Shown in pieces: positions 27,590 to 33,192 of a stretch of 33,192 bases of DNA. Below the pieces are notes generated by a model, which was given only the letters and a program-made list of their open reading frames with translations, made no database searches and was not told where the DNA came from. Origin of the DNA: a virus (Duplodnaviria; Caudoviricetes); the IMG/VR virus record IMGVR_UViG_3300010376_000967, positions 1-33,192 of that record. One strand, given 5' to 3'. A program made the position numbers and the translations under genes. Each line of letters opens with the position of its first letter. Position 1 is the first letter of the stretch.

Positions 27590-28179
27590 GGTACAACAGG
27601 CTCCGTAAAGGTGAAGTCAATAGGGCTAGAATAAACTGATCCTTCATGTGTATAGACTGGAACTGTAGCAGGAGCAAATAGTGAAGGTTTTACGATCGTA
27701 GTAACTTCAGTATCCGATACAAATGTCGTAGGTTCATCAAAATCGCCAAATCGAATAACCGTACTTGGATCAAATCCTGTACCAATGCAAGAAAGCGTAA
27801 AATCAGGATCACCAGACACGGCTGTATCTGGCGAAAGAGAAGTTAAAACTGGAGGGGCTGGGATTGGCCCGGTTTCTACTTCAAGAGTACAACCGGGAGG
27901 AATGCTTTTCACAACAAGATTTGCAAATCGATATTTTCCTTTAGAAAAAAGAACACTATCCGGACCAACCGGAGTTGTACATACGTGAAGATGATATAAT
28001 CCTAATTCTTGAGCCAACACATCATTATTCTGTTCATCTTTCACATAATAATTATCTGTCAAAGAAAGATAATCATTACCATATTGAGTTGGAGCTGTCT
28101 TCAAAGTTACACTAATCAACATTTCATCAGATGCAAGGATCTGCCCAACCATGGTCTCGTCTACTGTGACCGTAGTCAT
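27586..28179 (-). CDS. Ig-like IPT/TIG-domain protein
   Basis: C-terminus PVLTSLSPDTAVSG...TLSCIGTGF...VIRFG...TTFVSDTEVT...FTF matches the IPT/TIG pattern; likely start ATG 28179 (TAATG overlap with the terL stop). Confidence 0.7.
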   Translation of the reverse strand: MTTVTVDETMVGQILASDEMLISVTLKTAPTQYGNDYLSLTDNYYVKDEQNNDVLAQELGLYHLHVCTTPVGPDSVLFSKGKYRFANLVVKSIPPGCTLEVETGPIPAPPVLTSLSPDTAVSGDPDFTLSCIGTGFDPSTVIRFGDFDEPTTFVSDTEVTTIVKPSLFAPATVPVYTHEGSVYSSPIDFTFTEPVVP

Positions 28180-29477
28180 TAGTACCCCTCCCAATTACCA
28201 AGGCTGATAGCGATACCGTAGGTGAAAGCGTCTAACAAATCGTCTTGTCTATCTTCTACATCTCCTACACGAAAACCAAGAACTTGTCCGAGCAAATGAT
28301 TCTTCGTAACTTGCTTGTATGTGATAACTCTATCGTACGCTGTCTCAAGAATCTTAACGAGACCCTTGAACACGTAGCCGCTGACGTTTATGGCTCGCTC
28401 TGCTTTGCCGAGTTGCGTAAGCTTCTGCGGCATTTCGTTGACGACCAAGTTTCGGCGTCGCGCTTGCTGTAGCAGGATCGACCCACTTGCCTTGTCTTCG
28501 ATAAAGCAACCTCTGTGGCCTAGGCGGGACCCGCATTTCGCCGCATACTCCTCAAGATTACGGTACACCACAGGAAGCCAAACCTCAAGCATAGAACCTT
28601 CAATCTGGAGGTATTCATAATCGATAATCTTGAGCCACTTTTCTTCGCCCAAGCGCTCGTAAGCCCAATAGATAACACCAGTTCCATCGTTCTCTTTGCC
28701 GGTCTTAACGGCTGTATCCATCGTAGCAAAAACGTAGAGACATCGCTGAGGATAAGGTTCCGGCTTATTCTCAGTAAGCATATTATTCAGGCTGAAGAAT
28801 GCTTCGCCTGACCAATCAACAAATTCGGCTAGGTATTCCTGCGCATAAACGAGGGGATGGTTGTCTCGCTCAAGGCGCGCGAGTTCATCGGGTGGGAGGA
28901 AAGGATTACTATGTGAGGGTGCATGGTATTCTTTGAATCCGTACTCGGGCAAATTGCAGATTCGCCAGAAAAGATTATCCTCGTTGATCCCGTTAGTATT
29001 TGATGCAATGATGGCCGCACCTCTGAAATCGAGAAGCGTTGGGCGAATAGCTTTCTCCCAGACCGCGATTGCATTTGGTTTAGTGAAGGCGGCTTCATCG
29101 ATGATCACCAGATGGTAGCGACGTGAACGACCAGCTTTTTCATCTTCCAAGGTCCAAAGTTCAATACGACCGCCCGTTGTAGTATGGAGGATGCCCAGGT
29201 TGCGAGAAGAGCTTCGAACGGCGGGTTCTAGCGTAACTTCATTCTCGCTGTACGCTTCAGACGCATACCGGTAGTTGGGAACAAACCATCCAACCTGAGC
29301 ACCTTTCGCGGCAAAGTCGCAAGCGACCACTTTCAGAAAGTTCGTCTTCCCCCAACGACGCCCACAACGCAAGGCCCTGAACCGGGCAGGCATAAGGAAA
29401 GCTTCTATCTGCCCTGGGTGAAGATTGGGCAGACGAACAATTCTATCACCAGTTGGAACAGGGAATTGTGCTGTCAT
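28179..29477 (-). CDS. terL: Terminase large subunit
   Basis: 432 aa; Q motif HPGQ, Walker A GRRWGKT, Walker B LVIIDEA, RNase H-like nuclease acidic residues (MDTA, EDKASG, DDLLDA). Confidence 0.93.
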   Translation of the reverse strand: MTAQFPVPTGDRIVRLPNLHPGQIEAFLMPARFRALRCGRRWGKTNFLKVVACDFAAKGAQVGWFVPNYRYASEAYSENEVTLEPAVRSSSRNLGILHTTTGGRIELWTLEDEKAGRSRRYHLVIIDEAAFTKPNAIAVWEKAIRPTLLDFRGAAIIASNTNGINEDNLFWRICNLPEYGFKEYHAPSHSNPFLPPDELARLERDNHPLVYAQEYLAEFVDWSGEAFFSLNNMLTENKPEPYPQRCLYVFATMDTAVKTGKENDGTGVIYWAYERLGEEKWLKIIDYEYLQIEGSMLEVWLPVVYRNLEEYAAKCGSRLGHRGCFIEDKASGSILLQQARRRNLVVNEMPQKLTQLGKAERAINVSGYVFKGLVKILETAYDRVITYKQVTKNHLLGQVLGFRVGDVEDRQDDLLDAFTYGIAISLGNWEGY

Positions 29478-29480
29478 TTA

Positions 29481-29611
29481 GAAGATCGAAGGAGGCTGGT
29501 ATGTCCGGGCTGGGATTCACATCCAGCCTCCTCTTCATCATGGCATCCGGGTCAGGGGGGGCTGAAACACTAATGCCACGAATCACTTCTCACGCCGTAG
29601 TCGTCGGCGTG
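29481..29611 (-). promoter_or_regulatory. Three consecutive stem-loops in the terL leader
   Basis: Inverted repeats: ggaggctgg 29491-29499 / ccagcctcc 29523-29531; tggcat 29541-29546 / atgcca 29573-29578; cacgccg 29591-29597 / cggcgtg 29605-29611. Confidence 0.55.
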
Positions 29612-29613
29612 GT

Positions 29614-30273
29614 TTAGCTTTTGGAGGGCGTTGGGACGCCCGCGTGCTCCTCTGATGGTACGATCGCCACGCCCCATCCGGTGGCCGGAGACCAGTAGGT
29701 CTTCACTTCCCAATCTTCCAACACCTCTGGTTTCTCGGGAGGAGGCGGGATTACAATGGGATGCGTCGGAACCCCCGGCACCCCGCTGCTCGGCGGAATG
29801 TAGATCGGGTGTTCCGGGTGACCGGGAACTATTCCCGGTGGCAGGTAGATTGGTGGTGTGGGCATCGGCACGTTGCCACCGCCCCAAGTGCCGAGAGGTG
29901 GCCCTCCGGGCGCGATCGGATGCGCGGGGTACGGAGGCGCAACTCCGCCCCAAGTGCCCAACGGTGGAATCGAGATGCCCCACGGAGGCGGGCCTGATGG
30001 ACCTCCAGGCGCTATCGGATGCGTTGGTAACGGGGGAGCAACTCCACCCCAAGTTCCGAGCGGGGGATAGTAGATAGGCGGAGTTGGCACTGGGAGTGGA
30101 GCACCGCCCCAAATACCGAGAGGCGGACCTCCAGGTGCGATTGGATGCCCGGCGATTGGTAACGAACCACCGCCCCAAATGCCAAGAGGCGGTCCTCCAG
30201 GCATTGGACCTCCACCGACTTCAAGGTCTGGATAGTACATATATCCAGTAAAGGTGACACGAACAGGTGCCAT
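29614..30273 (-). CDS. Pro/Gly/Trp repeat protein
   Basis: 219 aa; AGGAG RBS; PPLG[IT]WGG x5, HPIAPGG x3, PTPPIY x2. Confidence 0.75.
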   Translation of the reverse strand: MAPVRVTFTGYMYYPDLEVGGGPMPGGPPLGIWGGGSLPIAGHPIAPGGPPLGIWGGAPLPVPTPPIYYPPLGTWGGVAPPLPTHPIAPGGPSGPPPWGISIPPLGTWGGVAPPYPAHPIAPGGPPLGTWGGGNVPMPTPPIYLPPGIVPGHPEHPIYIPPSSGVPGVPTHPIVIPPPPEKPEVLEDWEVKTYWSPATGWGVAIVPSEEHAGVPTPSKS

Positions 30274-30385
30274 CGTATTCTCCTATATGAGGGGTTCACG
30301 TGAACGCTGAGTACACTAGCACAGCCATGTTAAGGCAATATGTAGCGGAACACAAGTTGGATTCCCTCATCCAGAAATTTCTTAC

Positions 30386-30414
30386 TTGCATTCTGCGGTT
30401 TTGTAAAGCATAAT
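30386..30414 (+). promoter_or_regulatory. Sigma70-like promoter for the HNH gene
   Basis: TTGCAT (30386-30391), 17-nt spacer, CATAAT (30409-30414), then AGGAG RBS and ATG 30447. Confidence 0.55.
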
Positions 30415-30446
30415 AACCATAGGCCGTAACTGAAAGGAGAAGTGTC

Positions 30447-31103
30447 ATGTGGCCCATTGCGATAGTTGTCATGGCCATCGTAGGATTTTACTGGTTCGCC
30501 TTCTGGGGAACCATCCTAGTGTGGCTTTGGTGCCTCTTCGATCTGTGCCAAGGAAAATTCATCAGAGCCAGCATCTGGTTCTGCACCGGGTTCGGATTGT
30601 TGGCTTGGTGGATGCAAGATGAGGAGGTTGGGTTCGAAGAGTGGAAGATGGTCTCGTGTACGGTCATAGGCTTGACCATATTGGCCGTGCTCGCTTATAA
30701 GTTCTACAAGATTCGGCGAACAGTGCATAGCGTCCCGCCATTTGGGACAATGCCAGAGACGACAGGGAATGTCATCCCTTTTGTCAAGGCAACACGAGAT
30801 GAACGAGAGCGGGTCATGCGGATACAGGGCCATCGCTGTGCGAATCCCTATTGTAACATGGACCTACGCCAGAGTACTCCTCATTGGGATCATATTGTAC
30901 CGCGAAGCCAAGGTGGCACAGACAGCGTTCATAATATGCAGTGGCTATGTGATACGTGCAATCTAAATAAGAATGATATGAATTGGCTCGAGTTTCTGTA
31001 CCGGTATGCGACTGGTCTGGGTATTGACCCCAATGAGAACCAGAGACCATGGCAGAATTGGGTCCTTACCCGGACTCGGAACGGGTTGCAGTGTCAAGGC
31101 TGA
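30447..31103 (+). CDS. Membrane-anchored HNH endonuclease
   Basis: N-terminal ~90 aa has 2-3 hydrophobic helices ending in KFYKIRR; C-terminus CANPYC...DHIVPRSQGGTDSVHNMQWLCDTCNLNK is an intact Zn-binding HNH motif. Confidence 0.85.
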   Translation: MWPIAIVVMAIVGFYWFAFWGTILVWLWCLFDLCQGKFIRASIWFCTGFGLLAWWMQDEEVGFEEWKMVSCTVIGLTILAVLAYKFYKIRRTVHSVPPFGTMPETTGNVIPFVKATRDERERVMRIQGHRCANPYCNMDLRQSTPHWDHIVPRSQGGTDSVHNMQWLCDTCNLNKNDMNWLEFLYRYATGLGIDPNENQRPWQNWVLTRTRNGLQCQG

Positions 31104-31402
31104 CCACTGCCATTAGTCTTCTTAGGAGCCTCTTCAGTCCCAGGCATTATAATATTGGTGCCCGGAAGAGCAGGGAGGCCTCCCTCGATAATGATCCTCA
31201 AGCCACCGGTAATATCTTGGTTGACTTGAGCTAGTCGTGGGTGTTCGTATACAGCCGCAGCCTTGGCCGCGTCAATTCGCGTCGCCATCGGCATCCGTAT
31301 ATCCCGATAGACCGCGTGTAAGAATTCCTTAGGCGAGAGTTCTGGATTATCATATGCGTGCGGTTCGGGAGGAAGAACCTCGCCTGTTTTCGGCTTATCC
31401 AT
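31094..31402 (-). CDS. Probable terminase small subunit
   Basis: 102 aa, PKEFLHAVYRD...RIDAAKAAAVYEHPRL helical motif; first gene of the minus-strand block, upstream of terL. Confidence 0.6.
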   Translation of the reverse strand: MDKPKTGEVLPPEPHAYDNPELSPKEFLHAVYRDIRMPMATRIDAAKAAAVYEHPRLAQVNQDITGGLRIIIEGGLPALPGTNIIMPGTEEAPKKTNGSGQP

Positions 31403-31591
31403 GTGACAAGGAAGGAACAGACCTCCAAAGTGCCGGGGAGGTCATGGGCCAACGAGACGTGGCTCAAAGCACTGCGTCCGTTAGGACAAGCGACATACCA
31501 CATCTTGTAGGTGGAAGCAAGCATTTTGTACAATCAACGAAAAAAATGATATCGCGTTTAAAAAATGCTGCCTGCGCTCATGTTGCATTTA

Positions 31592-31600
31592 TGCTATACT
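31592..31600 (+). promoter_or_regulatory. Possible extended -10 promoter (TGcTATACT) in the divergent intergenic region
   Basis: TG-n-TATACT downstream of an A-tract-rich stretch (31525-31565), about 110 nt before ATG 31709. Confidence 0.3.
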
Positions 31601-31708
31601 ACCTGAGTATGGGGGTACCACTATGAGCACAGGAGGGCACCATCACCCAGAATATATAAGCAGGGACGACTTTCACCCTTCCCATTAACCAAAAGGGAGT
31701 AACCCTTC

Positions 31709-32581
31709 ATGAAGAGGGTCTTACTCGCAACGGTTGCCGCATTGGCATTCGTTGTCCCGGCGAAAGCCGACCTTGTCCTGGAGTCCACGATCTTTGCCGA
31801 TCTTGGTGCAACAGGATTTGGTAATGCGCCTCGTTTGCTCAACATCCAGAATAACGGAAGTGAAGCAGGCGGGACGTTCTACACTGGTACGCCAGGAAAT
31901 CTTGCTGATAGTCTGGCTAACCAAATCGCCGTGCAGACCGGGTTCTTCACCGGCCTGCCTCCTGGCACTGTCTGCACCAACAACGGCACTTGTAACAATC
32001 AGCCGCAAGTCGAGACTGACAAGTCGGCGGTTTATCGGGTGTCGCAGTTGGGATGGACGACTGGACAGAGCGTGGGTATCGGCCTCGACACGAACGAGGT
32101 TGGAGGCAACAACGCTGCTGCTGCGCTCACGTTCAACAGCCTCGTGTTGACCATCTGGAACTCCGATGCAACGAAATCCATTTCGTTCTCAGGAAGCCAG
32201 CCAGTCAACATCCCACTGGCGTTGCTCAATCTTCAACAGGGCAACGGCAACAGCGTGTTCGACATCGGACTCGATGCTACTCAGCAAGCGCAGTTCGATG
32301 CCTTTGAACTCGCCAACGGGGGGCCGGGAAGCACGTTCGCCAGTTTGTCGGCGTCGTTCGGAACCGGTCTTCCGGGACAAGTCTGTCCGAGCGCGGGCTC
32401 TCTTGCAGGGTTCGCGTCTCCGGGCGGATGCTTTGCCTCCACCGATGGTCAGGAGAGCTTCCTGGCCTTCGTGCAACCGGTCCCTGGACCGATTGCTGGT
32501 GCTGGCATTCCGGGCTTGATAATGGCGGCTGGTGGCATGTTCGGCCTCAACCGCTTCCGGCGTAAGCGTCGCGTAGCGTAA
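31709..32581 (+). CDS. Secreted protein with PEP-CTERM-like C-terminal sorting signal
   Basis: Signal peptide MKRVLLATVAALAFVVPAKA; C-terminus VPGPIAGAGIPGL + hydrophobic helix + RFRRKRR; GGGAG RBS. Confidence 0.8.
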   Translation: MKRVLLATVAALAFVVPAKADLVLESTIFADLGATGFGNAPRLLNIQNNGSEAGGTFYTGTPGNLADSLANQIAVQTGFFTGLPPGTVCTNNGTCNNQPQVETDKSAVYRVSQLGWTTGQSVGIGLDTNEVGGNNAAAALTFNSLVLTIWNSDATKSISFSGSQPVNIPLALLNLQQGNGNSVFDIGLDATQQAQFDAFELANGGPGSTFASLSASFGTGLPGQVCPSAGSLAGFASPGGCFASTDGQESFLAFVQPVPGPIAGAGIPGLIMAAGGMFGLNRFRRKRRVA

Positions 32582-32602
32582 CGGGAAAACTCGCGCTCAA
32601 TA

Positions 32603-32633
32603 CCCCTCGCGTACGCGCGGGGGGCTCTTTCTT
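32603..32633 (+). terminator. GC-rich hairpin after the sorting-signal gene
   Basis: cccc-t-cgc-gtac-gcg-c-gggg followed by a weak pyrimidine tract (ctctttctt). Confidence 0.35.
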
Positions 32634-32647
32634 CAATGGAGCACAAC

Positions 32648-32911
32648 ATGAAAACCCTGATCATAGCACTTGCACTTATGATGACGACTGCGGCAGCAGC
32701 TCAGACGGAAATGCCAAGGACCGGAGAATTCACTGATAAGGATGGCAACAAGATCGGCACCGTAACATTCTCGCAGAGGGGATGGTTTTTCCGAGATCTT
32801 AATGGAGAACTCATTGCCTTCATTACCCGTGATCAAGAGGGTCGGCTCACGATGTATGATCCTAATGGCAAAGTCCTCGACCAACTCCCCGCTAAGACGC
32901 CACAACAATGA
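32648..32911 (+). CDS. Small secreted beta-hairpin repeat protein
   Basis: Likely start is ATG 32648 after GGAG; signal peptide MKTLIIALALMMTTAAAA; three D-x-[DN]-G repeats (DKDGNKIG, DLNGELIA, DPNGKVLD). Confidence 0.7.
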   Translation: MKTLIIALALMMTTAAAAQTEMPRTGEFTDKDGNKIGTVTFSQRGWFFRDLNGELIAFITRDQEGRLTMYDPNGKVLDQLPAKTPQQ

Positions 32912-33153
32912 AGATACCAATCCCCAAGCAATATGATGCGGTCATGGATTGGCTCGCAATGCATCTATTGCCGCCAGACAAGCCGACTAGACTACGGCTA
33001 TTCGGTCATAATGTTACATGGCTTGAAGTTGCAGTCACCGCATACCCGACCATAGCTGCATTCGGGCTATGGGCATGGACCGGAGATTGGTGGTGGTTGC
33101 CAATGATCGCGGGCGGTATGGCCTTCGCAATCGTGACAATGGGCTGGAAATAG
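32908..33153 (+). CDS. Small two-helix membrane protein
   Basis: 81 aa; ATGA overlap; two hydrophobic Trp-rich segments. Confidence 0.65.
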   Translation: MKIPIPKQYDAVMDWLAMHLLPPDKPTRLRLFGHNVTWLEVAVTAYPTIAAFGLWAWTGDWWWLPMIAGGMAFAIVTMGWK

Positions 33154-33163
33154 GAGGAATACG

Positions 33164-33192
33164 ATGGGACGAAAGGAAGACAATACCCTGAT
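33164..33192 (+). CDS. Start of a gene truncated by the window edge
   Basis: AGGAGG RBS then ATG GGA CGA AAG GAA..., open to the end of the window. Confidence 0.5.

Noticed and set aside
29570-30178. Alternative-frame ORFs over the Pro/Gly repeat gene
   Set aside because: High-GC repeats leave several frames open; only 29614..30273 has an RBS and coherent peptide repeats.
29700-30220. Repeats considered as a CRISPR array or DGR template
   Set aside because: Repeats are degenerate at third codon positions, lack fixed-length unique spacers and show no adenine-specific mismatch pair; no cas or reverse transcriptase gene is in the window.
30270-30286. Start context AGGAGAATACGATGG resembling AGGAGGAATACGATGG at 33152-33167
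   Set aside because: Only two short copies, mostly explained by SD plus ATG; not enough to call a regulatory motif.
1-33192. tRNA, rRNA, integrase, transposase, intron or intein
   Set aside because: None recognised by eye; terL, portal and capsid genes are uninterrupted and of ordinary size. A covariance-model scan was not possible.

Overview
This 33 kb window is the virion-morphogenesis region of a contractile-tailed (myovirus-type) phage or prophage. Almost all genes are on the minus strand. Read right to left they encode: small terminase, large terminase, portal, NUDIX-fused prohead protease, scaffold, head decoration protein, major capsid protein, neck proteins, tail sheath, tail tube, tail chaperone, tape-measure-like protein 1, baseplate hub, tape-measure-like protein 2, further baseplate proteins, and a wedge gene that runs off the left edge and is missing from the ORF track. 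Plus-strand accessory genes lie at the right end. Highlights: (1) two paralogous tape-measure genes flank the hub gene, and one carries up to four different peptidoglycan-hydrolase domains; (2) a membrane-anchored HNH nuclease with its own sigma70-like promoter is inserted antisense between the terminase genes; (3) there is a phage-borne PEP-CTERM-like (VPGP-GAG-PGL) surface protein; (4) there is a Pro/Gly/Trp repeat protein followed by a three-hairpin leader before terL; (5) two accessory domains recur in several unrelated virion proteins; (6) a [K/R]xD[A/S] motif and a coiled-coil motif are shared among head proteins. All calls come from motif recognition and gene order by eye; no database searches were run.
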